Positions 27,014 to 35,505 of a stretch of DNA of 39,516 bases are shown piece by piece; the stretch's first letter is position 1, and every line of letters begins with the position of its first letter. This DNA is from Candidatus Zixiibacteriota bacterium (GTDB lineage: Bacteria; Zixibacteria; MSB-5A5; WJJR01). Under the pieces are notes generated by a model. That model did not search any database, had not been told where the DNA came from, and saw nothing but the letters and a program-made list of their open reading frames with translations. The DNA is taken from positions 1-39,516 of the forward strand of contig JAVHPP010000104.1 in the NCBI GenBank assembly GCA_036170655.1, in the 5' to 3' direction. Both the position numbers and the translations under genes were made by a program.

Positions 27014-28566
27014 GGCAGCGACCGGTCTGTGTGCTTCGCCGACGCGCGCCACATTTTCATGAGCGCGAATGCAAAGAAAACAACAGTTGACAGGAGACAC
27101 AACCATCCGATGTACAAACCATGTCGGACAAAAAAAGTCTCTTCATCGCGCGGTCCCAGATCGAGATCACCGAGCAGCACATCGGGGACATACTGCGCCG
27201 TGGGGGCATGGAGACGCCCGGCGCGGTCGATGAGCGTCGAGACTCCGGTGTTGGCCGAGCGGGCAATCGGACGGCGTGTCTCGATCGCCCGGAACACGCA
27301 GATCAAGGCGTGCTGGATTAGCCCGGAAGAAAAGCCGTACCAGCCATCGTTGGTGATACTGACAAAGAAGCGCGCACCCATGGCGGCAAAGCGGCGGGGA
27401 ATCTCCGGGAACACGGCTTCGTAGCAGATGGCGGCCGCGTACGGTCCCGACGGATGGTCAAAGAGCACGCAGTGTGTTCCGGCGGTGAAGTGAGCGCCGC
27501 CCACTTCCAGGCGATCGAGAATCTTAATCTTGTCCGAGAAGGGAATCCATTCACCGAGGGGCACCAAGTGCAGCTTGGCGTGGAAGTCGGGACGATAGCG
27601 CCCGCTGTCCAAGACAACCGCAGCATTGTAAGACAAATACCCTCCTCCTGTCACGTTCTGATATTCCAGGGTGCCAACAAGCAGGGGGACGCCGACGTCA
27701 CGCGAAAGCTCCTTGAGTTCATGATGATAGTGCGCATCAGCGCGCAGGTACACCGGCGCCGCGGTCTCCGGCCAGACAATCAGCCGGGCGCCATGCGCCG
27801 CCGCGTCGCGTGTCTGGGCCTCATAGTTGGCAAACGACTGGTCAACATAAGCCGAATCCCACTTGCGATAGGAATCGATGTCCCCCTGCAAGACCGCAAC
27901 ACGCAACGAGTCCATTACCGACAACTGGCTCATCCTGACCGAGCCATACGCATAGGGCAGGACGAACAGGGCAGCGAGGATCCCCACGGAAGCAATCCGT
28001 CTGGGCAGACCAGCCGTCCGCCAAGACAAGAATAACTGGAGAACAAGGATATTGATCAGCGCCACCCAGAGACTGACACCGAGATCCCCTGTCAGGTCGG
28101 CGAACTGGATGAGCGGAAGATAGCGGACTTGAGTCAGGGAGAGATTCGTCCAGGGGAAGGCGAGATCGCCCAATCCCCGCAGATATTCATGCGCCACCCA
28201 CAGGACCGGAAAGAGCCACAGGGCTTTCGCCCCGAGTCGGTCACGGATGAATGCCCAGCAGCCGGTCACGATCGCAATGTACAAGGCCAGCACGACGCAC
28301 ATCGTGAGCATGCCCGGCACAGAAACCCATCCGGTCCAGTAGATCGTGGCAACATGGAAGACAAACCCGAAGATGAACCCATGAGCAGCAGCGGACTTTA
28401 CCGTAGCCGTTCTGACGGTGTACAGCAAGAGCGCTATCGCGCCATAGGCAAGAAAGCCGAGGGGAAAAGGCGGGTAGGCCAGCGCCAGCAGACCACCGGC
28501 CAGCGCGGCGATACTGGCCGTCGCCGGAATTGCTGTGCGGCGCGCGCCGGAATTCAACACCTCCAC
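27010..28566 (-). CDS. lnt: Apolipoprotein N-acyltransferase
   Basis: N-terminal TM helices, FPW, nitrilase triad WPETA / K.HLVP.GE / ICYE, ITNDGWY, RSANTGVS. Confidence 0.96.
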   Translation of the reverse strand: MEVLNSGARRTAIPATASIAALAGGLLALAYPPFPLGFLAYGAIALLLYTVRTATVKSAAAHGFIFGFVFHVATIYWTGWVSVPGMLTMCVVLALYIAIVTGCWAFIRDRLGAKALWLFPVLWVAHEYLRGLGDLAFPWTNLSLTQVRYLPLIQFADLTGDLGVSLWVALINILVLQLFLSWRTAGLPRRIASVGILAALFVLPYAYGSVRMSQLSVMDSLRVAVLQGDIDSYRKWDSAYVDQSFANYEAQTRDAAAHGARLIVWPETAAPVYLRADAHYHHELKELSRDVGVPLLVGTLEYQNVTGGGYLSYNAAVVLDSGRYRPDFHAKLHLVPLGEWIPFSDKIKILDRLEVGGAHFTAGTHCVLFDHPSGPYAAAICYEAVFPEIPRRFAAMGARFFVSITNDGWYGFSSGLIQHALICVFRAIETRRPIARSANTGVSTLIDRAGRLHAPTAQYVPDVLLGDLDLGPRDEETFFVRHGLYIGWLCLLSTVVFFAFALMKMWRASAKHTDRSLP

Positions 28567-28665
28567 CTCACCGTCACGAGGCCATTGATGTGATCACGCA
28601 GAGACAGAGGGCTATTGAAGTGGCCGGTCACCGGTCCACTCGCTGGGAGCATTGCCTCCGCCCTT

Positions 28666-29712
28666 TCACTCCGGGGTCACCAGACGGACAGAACGGGAAC
28701 CGGCCATGACATGACCAATGGCGGTGGCGGGAACGCCGGCCTGGACCAGCAGCTCGATGGCACGCGTTGCGTGGTCACGATTCACGACCATAATGTAGCC
28801 GATTCCCATATTGAAGACCCGGAACATCTCACCGGGGTCGATACCACCCACCCGTTGCAGGAACGGGAATATCGGCGGCTGCGTCCACCGCGTTGTATCG
28901 ATGACCGCCTGACACCCTTCGGGAAGGACTCTGATCAGGTTTCCTTCAATTCCGCCACCGGTAATGTGGGCCATCGCGGTGATCGTGACCTCACCCTTGA
29001 GAGACTCAACGGCGCCACGGTAGGAACGATGGACCGCCAGAATGGCATCGCCGATGGTGCCGCCGTCCAGTTCGTCGGGGGCGTCGCTCAACTCGAACTG
29101 ATTCTGGTCGAAGAGACTCTTGCGGATCAGGGAATAGCCATTGGTGTGGGGACCCGTTGAGGGGAGTCCGATCAGCATCTGTCCCGGCTCGACCTTTGAC
29201 CCGTCGAGAATCGCCCGGCGGTCGACCAGACCGATGATGAACCCCGCCAGATCATAATCCCCCAGTTTGTAGATGCCGGGCATCTCGGCCGTCTCGCCAC
29301 CGATGAGCGCAATCTGATTCTCCCGGCAGGCTCCGGCCATACCGGAGACAACCTCTTCAATGATGGCCGGATCCATCCGGGCAATCGCGAGATAGTCGAG
29401 GAAGGCCAGCGGCCTGGCCCCGCAGGTCAGAATGTCGTTGACACAGTGGTTGACCAGGTCCGCGCCGATGGTCTGGTGGTGGCCCGAACGGATGGCCAAC
29501 TTGAGCTTGGTGCCGACACCATCACAACTGGAAACGAGAACGGGCTCCTGGCATCCGGTCAGGTCCAGCCGAAAGAGCCCAGAGAACGGCCCGACACCGG
29601 CCAGCACGCCCTTGGTATAAGTCGTCTTGGCGATCCCGCCAATGCGGGACACCACGTCTTCGGCAGCTTGCAGATCCACTCCAGCGGTGCGATAGTCGAT
29701 TTTCCCCGGCAT
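28666..29712 (-). CDS. purM: Phosphoribosylformylglycinamidine cyclo-ligase
   Basis: Y..AGVD, DGVGTK, CVND, GGETAEMP, HTNGYSL, HITGGG, FNMGIG. ATG 29712 follows AAGGA. Confidence 0.98.
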   Translation of the reverse strand: MPGKIDYRTAGVDLQAAEDVVSRIGGIAKTTYTKGVLAGVGPFSGLFRLDLTGCQEPVLVSSCDGVGTKLKLAIRSGHHQTIGADLVNHCVNDILTCGARPLAFLDYLAIARMDPAIIEEVVSGMAGACRENQIALIGGETAEMPGIYKLGDYDLAGFIIGLVDRRAILDGSKVEPGQMLIGLPSTGPHTNGYSLIRKSLFDQNQFELSDAPDELDGGTIGDAILAVHRSYRGAVESLKGEVTITAMAHITGGGIEGNLIRVLPEGCQAVIDTTRWTQPPIFPFLQRVGGIDPGEMFRVFNMGIGYIMVVNRDHATRAIELLVQAGVPATAIGHVMAGSRSVRLVTPE

Positions 29713-29826
29713 GACGAAGTCCTTCACGGTATGGGAGCCAACAGACTCCGACGTCAATATCCAGAATTTGCCGTGCCATCGCAATCACTCCGTTGACCAA
29801 AATGCGCGACGCGGATGTGGTTTCAA

Positions 29827-32322
29827 TCACCAGAAATCCATGGGGTCAACATCGACCGAGAGCGCGACATCACTCTGGCGGAGCTCCTTGGCCCGGCGAT
29901 CTTGAAGCGAAAGAATGATGGCATTCGCCGTCGGGACGGAGTGTGTCTTGATTAGAATGTGGATCACATGCCGTCCGACGCGCCGTGGAACGGCGGCGGG
30001 AGCGGGACCCAGGAGGTGGCCAGGTGATTGCTTCGCCAGGGCTGCCTCCTTCTTCCAATCATGGGCGAAACAGGCGGCGGCAGCCCGTACAGCCGCGGCA
30101 TCGGGAGAATCGAATGACAAGAGGATCAGATGTGAGTACGGAGGGTAATCCAGCGCCTGTCGACGGGGCAGTTCACGATCGAGAAACGACTGGGGATCCT
30201 GCGCCGCTGCCAACTCAATGAGAATGTGATCCGGGCGAAAGGTCTGCACGATCACTTCACCAGTTTGCCTACCCTCTCCGCGACCGGCACGGCCAGCCAC
30301 TTGTGTCAGGAGTTGAAATGTCCTCTCTTCAGCGCGGAAATCGGGGAAGGTCATCTGCTGATCCGCCCAAATCACCCCCACCACGCCGACATCAGCAATA
30401 TCGAGCCCCTTGGCCACCATCTGGGTGCCAACAAGCAGGTTGAATCGGTCGCCCACAAAACCGGAGAGGATTTCGGCCGTTGCGCCGCGGCGCGCGGCCA
30501 CATCGGCATCGAGGCGCACCAGACGCACCAAAGGGTCAAGCTCGTGCAGTGACTCTTCAATCTTCTGGGTACCCACACCTTTGAACAAGAACTCCGTTCC
30601 GCCGCACTTGGGACAGCGGTCCCATGCCGGAGATTGATGGGCGCAGAGATGGCAGCGGAAACGGCGATCGGCCGCATGGTAGGTCATGGTTAGATCACAC
30701 TGTGGACAGACCAAGAAATGACCGCAAGCGCCACAGGCGACCATGGTCGAGTGACCACGGCGGTTAAGGAAGACAATGGCTTTGCGCCCCTTGGTCAAGG
30801 TCTCGCGGAGCGCCTCCTTCAGTTCTCCGGTCACCCAGCCGCCCGCTTCGCTCAGACGGCGTTTGGACAAGTCAACCAAGCGGATCAGCGGCATCGAGCT
30901 TCCGCGCACACGCCTCTGCAGGCGCAACAATTCATACTTGCCGGACAGCACGTTGTGGTAGGTCTCGCAGGAGGGCGTCGCCGATCCCAAGAGACACAGC
31001 GCGCCACCCAGCCGTGCACGGACGACCGCCACGTCACGCGCATGGTATCGTGGGGCGGGATCCGACTGCTTGTAAGATTCGCCGTGCTCTTCATCCACGA
31101 TGATCAGACCAAGGTCAGGTATTTGGGCAAAGACGGCGGATCGTGCCCCGACCACGAGGCGGTAGCGCCCCCGTGCAACCATTCGTGACATCCAGTGCCG
31201 TTGCGAAGATGTCAGACCGCTGTGCCAGACGCCGACACGTTCACCCAGTGTCGATTCCAGACGCTGTATCATTTGGCCGGCGAGGGTGATTTCCGGGACG
31301 AGGAACAACGCGGTGCGGCCAATCGACCGGGCATGCCGGATCGCCTCGCAGTAGACAGCGGTCTTGCCCGATCCGGTCGGTCCCCACAGGAGCGCTACCG
31401 CAAACCGGCGTTCGTCCAGCAATTTCCCGAGGCACTCGTGCGCGCTGCGCTGATCTTCGTCGAATTGATCGGGACCAGGTTCACGCTTGCTCTTTTCGCC
31501 ATCGCCGAAGACGCGAGGCGGGATCGGATCCCAGCGAATGATTTCGTCCAACATCATGGCGCGTAGCGCTGCGCGTCCACCCGGAAACTGGCTAGCGAAC
31601 TCGGTCCAAGGACGGGTGAAAAGGTTACCCTGATGTTGCGAGAAGAAGTCACGAACTTGCGTCGGCGCTTGATCGGCCAGTTCAGGGCTCAAACCGGACA
31701 GCGTTGCTTCGTTCGGCAGCGGTGGCCGCTTAGCCCGCCACTCTCCCACAACCAGATCCCGTGCCAAGAGCGTTCTGAGTGTTTGGGACAGTCCGCGTCC
31801 GGTAAGACCGAGACTGAGCAAATTCTTGATCGTGACGGCTTTCTTGGTCGAAAGATGTCCCAAGATCCGATGTTCGGTGGCCGTGAGCCTTGTATCGGCG
31901 TTCCGTGACGATTCCCAGTCAGGTTTGCGCAATCGGTAGACAAACTCACCATCGGCCACCGTCGTTCCCAGCGCGCAAGCGAGCGCCTCGCCCCAAGAGG
32001 AGACATAGTAGTCGGCGATCCATCGCGTCAGTTCCAGAATGTCACAGGGGACACGCAGATCGGGATCGGCAACCGCGGACAACGGGAGAATGCGCCGTCC
32101 TGGAGGGACGGAATGTTCCGTGGGACATTCCACGACAACACCGTTCTGCATCCGCCCATTTAATGGGGCGCGGACTCGCGATCCGGGTCCGATGGTGTCT
32201 TCCCACTCAGCGGGCACACAATAGGTAAATTCCTGGCGCAGCGGGAGAAGGAAAACAACGCTCACCAGTCGCTTCCGGCGGGATGAGTCCGCACGGGTAT
32301 CGTTGCGCGGTGGACCGGACAT
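29827..32322 (-). CDS. priA: Primosomal protein N' (replication restart helicase)
   Basis: GPTGSGKT, LVPEI, GARSA, DEEH, SATP, four CxxC zinc motifs, QVAGRAGR, DVDP. Confidence 0.98.
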   Translation of the reverse strand: MSGPPRNDTRADSSRRKRLVSVVFLLPLRQEFTYCVPAEWEDTIGPGSRVRAPLNGRMQNGVVVECPTEHSVPPGRRILPLSAVADPDLRVPCDILELTRWIADYYVSSWGEALACALGTTVADGEFVYRLRKPDWESSRNADTRLTATEHRILGHLSTKKAVTIKNLLSLGLTGRGLSQTLRTLLARDLVVGEWRAKRPPLPNEATLSGLSPELADQAPTQVRDFFSQHQGNLFTRPWTEFASQFPGGRAALRAMMLDEIIRWDPIPPRVFGDGEKSKREPGPDQFDEDQRSAHECLGKLLDERRFAVALLWGPTGSGKTAVYCEAIRHARSIGRTALFLVPEITLAGQMIQRLESTLGERVGVWHSGLTSSQRHWMSRMVARGRYRLVVGARSAVFAQIPDLGLIIVDEEHGESYKQSDPAPRYHARDVAVVRARLGGALCLLGSATPSCETYHNVLSGKYELLRLQRRVRGSSMPLIRLVDLSKRRLSEAGGWVTGELKEALRETLTKGRKAIVFLNRRGHSTMVACGACGHFLVCPQCDLTMTYHAADRRFRCHLCAHQSPAWDRCPKCGGTEFLFKGVGTQKIEESLHELDPLVRLVRLDADVAARRGATAEILSGFVGDRFNLLVGTQMVAKGLDIADVGVVGVIWADQQMTFPDFRAEERTFQLLTQVAGRAGRGEGRQTGEVIVQTFRPDHILIELAAAQDPQSFLDRELPRRQALDYPPYSHLILLSFDSPDAAAVRAAAACFAHDWKKEAALAKQSPGHLLGPAPAAVPRRVGRHVIHILIKTHSVPTANAIILSLQDRRAKELRQSDVALSVDVDPMDFW

Positions 32323-32514
32323 CGGCCGTAACTTAGCGCACGCGCAGGGGGAGTTGATACGTTTTTCGGCGGCTATTCACCTCCGCACGACGCGAGACGG
32401 TATCGACACCGTCCGGCCTTTGAACCATGAGCTGGTCATCCATGGGCATTGTCTATGTGGTGGTCACTGGATCCGGGTACGGCTCCGATTGAGGGACTCA
32501 AGCCCGTATCCGGC

Positions 32515-32545
32515 AAAAATGCGGCCATGCAAAACGCATGGCCGC
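32515..32545 (-). terminator. Intrinsic terminator after the TPR gene
   Basis: Perfect 10-bp stem GCGGCCATGC-gtttt-GCATGGCCGC followed by ATTTTT on the - strand, 27 nt after the stop. Confidence 0.75.
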
Positions 32546-32572
32546 GAGAGAATCTGGGATCTGAGAGTTCGT

Positions 32573-33943
32573 TTACGGGCACTTGGCCGACCACGCCTTG
32601 AGCTGGTCGGTCTTGCCCGTCTGCGCCAAAAGAACCTTCATCATGTGGCAGAGAGTGCGGTCATCGGGATAGAAGGCGACCGCCTTTTCGAGCGCGGGGA
32701 ACGCATCATCCCATTTTTCCAGCGAGTAACGGCTGACGGCCAAAAGACGCCAGCTATCCTGATCTTTGGGGTCGATTTCTACGACCTTGGCAAACCGGGG
32801 GACCGCTTTTTCGAAGTTGTCGCGTCGCTTGTCGGTGTAGGTGTTGAGCTGTTCTTGCAGCACCGCATTGTTGGGAGTCTTCTCCAAGTCATGCTCGTAC
32901 TTGATGATCGAGTCCTGCAAACGGACAGCCGTGTTATAGTAGAAAATCCCCATGTTGTACCAAGTGTCCTTCGAGCCGGGATCGCGGCTGACGACTACTT
33001 CCTGCCATTTGTAGGCCTCATCCTCCCGCCCCAGACGGGAAAAAATGTCGGCCATGGTCACGATGATGTTGATTTCGCTGGGATCAAGTCCGTGCAGGCG
33101 GCGGTTGATACCAATGCACTGAGGCCACATCTGCTTCTCGTAGTAGGCAGCCGCCAGAGAGGCCATTAGGTTGTGATAACGGGTGCTCTTCTCCGCCGTG
33201 AGATTCTTGAATTTCTTGACGTACTCCGCGAATGCCGGCGTCGGATTTCCGTTCGGACCGCTGAAGAAGACCGCCGTGTCACTCCAGTTGGTTGTCGAAT
33301 CGCGCATCTCAATGCGGTGGAAGAGACTCTCGGCCACGACAAAATCCGCGAGACTGCTGTCGGAGTTGCCCTGGCGCTGATAGATGAGACCGCGTGTGGC
33401 ATACGCGTGGAAATCTCCCGGTTTCAGGAGCGCACACTCTCGCAGCGTGTTCTTGGCCATCGCGCGGACCTCATTGGAGACCTTCGTCACACTATCGGAA
33501 TAGGTGGCCGATTTCGTCGTATCAACGAGCGCCTCGATGGAATCGGACTGATTGACCAGGCTGACGGCATGGTTAAATCGCTCCGTCCATTTGCTGTCGA
33601 CGATCTTTTCGAGATTCTTGCCAATTTTCTTCCACTCCCGTTCGGGCGCATATTTGCGGGCCAGGCCATACTCGGCGACCATGCTATCGATCTCATCTTT
33701 ATCCGCCCAAATGGAACCAAGGAGAAAATGAACATTGAAGTTGTCTGGGTAGTGGTCACGCGCGGTGTGGAGATTGCGCAAGGCCCGATCATACTCTGAC
33801 GGGTTGGTCGCAAGAGCGATCTTGGCCGACCGAAGATAGACATCGACCGGCTGGATCATCTCTTCCGACTGCCCCTGTGCCGCCAACTGGCGCGTGCTGA
33901 AGAGCAACAGCATCCCCAGCAGCGTGATCACCCGTTTCACCAT
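32573..33943 (-). CDS. Secreted tetratricopeptide-repeat protein
   Basis: Signal peptide and TPR-like helical pairs ending in DP/YP (e.g. TWYNMGIFYYN, VVEIDPKDQDSWRLLA, ALEKAVAFYPDD). ATG 33943 follows GAGGTG; alternative GTG 33952. Confidence 0.85.
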   Translation of the reverse strand: MVKRVITLLGMLLLFSTRQLAAQGQSEEMIQPVDVYLRSAKIALATNPSEYDRALRNLHTARDHYPDNFNVHFLLGSIWADKDEIDSMVAEYGLARKYAPEREWKKIGKNLEKIVDSKWTERFNHAVSLVNQSDSIEALVDTTKSATYSDSVTKVSNEVRAMAKNTLRECALLKPGDFHAYATRGLIYQRQGNSDSSLADFVVAESLFHRIEMRDSTTNWSDTAVFFSGPNGNPTPAFAEYVKKFKNLTAEKSTRYHNLMASLAAAYYEKQMWPQCIGINRRLHGLDPSEINIIVTMADIFSRLGREDEAYKWQEVVVSRDPGSKDTWYNMGIFYYNTAVRLQDSIIKYEHDLEKTPNNAVLQEQLNTYTDKRRDNFEKAVPRFAKVVEIDPKDQDSWRLLAVSRYSLEKWDDAFPALEKAVAFYPDDRTLCHMMKVLLAQTGKTDQLKAWSAKCP

Positions 33944-34000
33944 CGTTTTCACCTCTCCAGTTGTCCCATTCCATACCCAATGGACTTCATGAGGTCAAGT

Positions 34001-34028
34001 ATTATACACGGCGGAACTCCGACAGCAA
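34001..34028 (-). promoter_or_regulatory. Putative sigma70 promoter of the TPR gene
   Basis: TTGCTG (34028-34023), 16-nt spacer, TATAAT (34006-34001). Confidence 0.55.
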
Positions 34029-34061
34029 GCCCAAACTGTTGCGTTCTGTCAACATCAATGT

Positions 34062-35414
34062 TCAACTGGTCTGCCGGACGGTGTAGAGCACCTTCGTTTC
34101 GCCATCCTTGGGCACGTCGATCTTCCATTCAGCGGTGCGGGCATCCTTTTTGACAAATTCGGCTGTTGTCTTCGTGATTGCCCAGTCTCCCCAGAAATGT
34201 TCAACAATGACGATGGAGACGGGGATGGACTTATGATTGCGGATGACGATCTCCCAGTTGTCTTCGGACGTGTTGGTCGCGATCTGGCGGTGATCCTTCT
34301 GCGTGCGCTCACCGACAACGTCGAACGCATTGCCGACGAAGACGCGGACTTTCTCGTCTTTCGCCGTGTGTTCAATCGCATCCTCGCCAATAAACTCCAG
34401 CGAGCCATCAGTATCGGCCTTCATGACGCGAATCTTACCCTTGGGCAGCGGGATCCCAAGACCGCTGGTTTCCGAATTCACAAACTCCATGGTGACCCGG
34501 ACCTTCTTGTCATAGGCGGCGCCGTCGTAGGTGAAAACCTTGCGCGTAGCGACCTTAGCGGGATCGAAGAGGGCAATCTGCTTGATCTCGTTGTCGCGCA
34601 GAGTCGAGGATCGTTGCAGAGTATACATGTGATACTCGAAGAACTCTTTCTGCTGAAAACCTCCCAGGGGTTCCGTTATTGACACACCGCTCACGTATAA
34701 CCTCTTGAGCGGCGATGGTCTTTCTGGAACCAGATGCACGTCCCCAGCAATCAGCTTGATTGTGGCGTCGTTGTAGGTGGCACCGGTCTGATTGTCAATT
34801 GAGACCCACCCAGCGAGCTCCAAATTGCCCTCGTCCGCCGATACCGTGGCTACGTACTCCGCGTGCCAGTCAATCCGATGGGTCAAGTAGCGGACTTCAG
34901 CGGGAGTGGGCCCGGCAACGCTGGAGTTCAGCATCCAAACCAACGTGGGCCGTGTGATCAGCCCCTCTGGCAGTCGTGCCAAAGACAGGTCGGCCACCTG
35001 CTTGCGGCTGACAATCTTGATACCGCTGTCCGGGGTCTGCAAGGTGAGAGCAGCTTTATCCGCTGCCAGCAATGTACCGTCGTGCACTTTGTCTTGGCGG
35101 GTAACGATACGGATCGGGCGGTCGAGGTACTTCTGCAGGATCTTGTCGGCTGAGACCAGATCGTAACGGTAATTCTGCTCCAGCAGAGTCACGGCCTTGG
35201 GCTGGCCAACGACCGAGAACGCGACGGAGGTGGGATCGATCGCGGCTGCCACGTCCGCAAACGACAGCTCGAAGTTGCCCTTCTTAAACTCGAGGGTGCG
35301 CGTGTCTTTGACCAGCGCGAGGTTGTCATTGTAGACCGTGATTTGAACACCGGCCTGTGCGACCACCGCAAGGCAGGATACCGCAACGAGCACCAGGACA
35401 AGACGAATCCTCAT
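34062..35414 (-). CDS. Secreted DUF4139-domain-like protein
   Basis: Signal peptide, ITVYNDNLALVKD.R, IDPTSV, LEQNY.YDL, PTLVW, W.AEY, YHMYTL, GLGIPLPKG, FIGED.I.HT, G.AFDV. ATG 35414 follows GGAGGG. Confidence 0.8.
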   Translation of the reverse strand: MRIRLVLVLVAVSCLAVVAQAGVQITVYNDNLALVKDTRTLEFKKGNFELSFADVAAAIDPTSVAFSVVGQPKAVTLLEQNYRYDLVSADKILQKYLDRPIRIVTRQDKVHDGTLLAADKAALTLQTPDSGIKIVSRKQVADLSLARLPEGLITRPTLVWMLNSSVAGPTPAEVRYLTHRIDWHAEYVATVSADEGNLELAGWVSIDNQTGATYNDATIKLIAGDVHLVPERPSPLKRLYVSGVSITEPLGGFQQKEFFEYHMYTLQRSSTLRDNEIKQIALFDPAKVATRKVFTYDGAAYDKKVRVTMEFVNSETSGLGIPLPKGKIRVMKADTDGSLEFIGEDAIEHTAKDEKVRVFVGNAFDVVGERTQKDHRQIATNTSEDNWEIVIRNHKSIPVSIVIVEHFWGDWAITKTTAEFVKKDARTAEWKIDVPKDGETKVLYTVRQTS

Positions 35415-35505
35415 AACACCCTCCCGTGTAGAGGCCATAGACGTTTCATGCGCTCTTACCGCATCCGTCATATTTACACCCCAGGCAGGTGGGTATTCCC
35501 AAAAA

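Noticed and set aside
32303..33169. 288-aa + strand ORF spanning the priA-TPR intergenic region
   Set aside because: Mostly antisense to the TPR gene and crosses its terminator; no family features.
34679..34701. TTGACA..TATAAC antisense promoter inside the DUF4139-like gene
   Set aside because: The spacer is only 11 nt, incompatible with sigma70 geometry.
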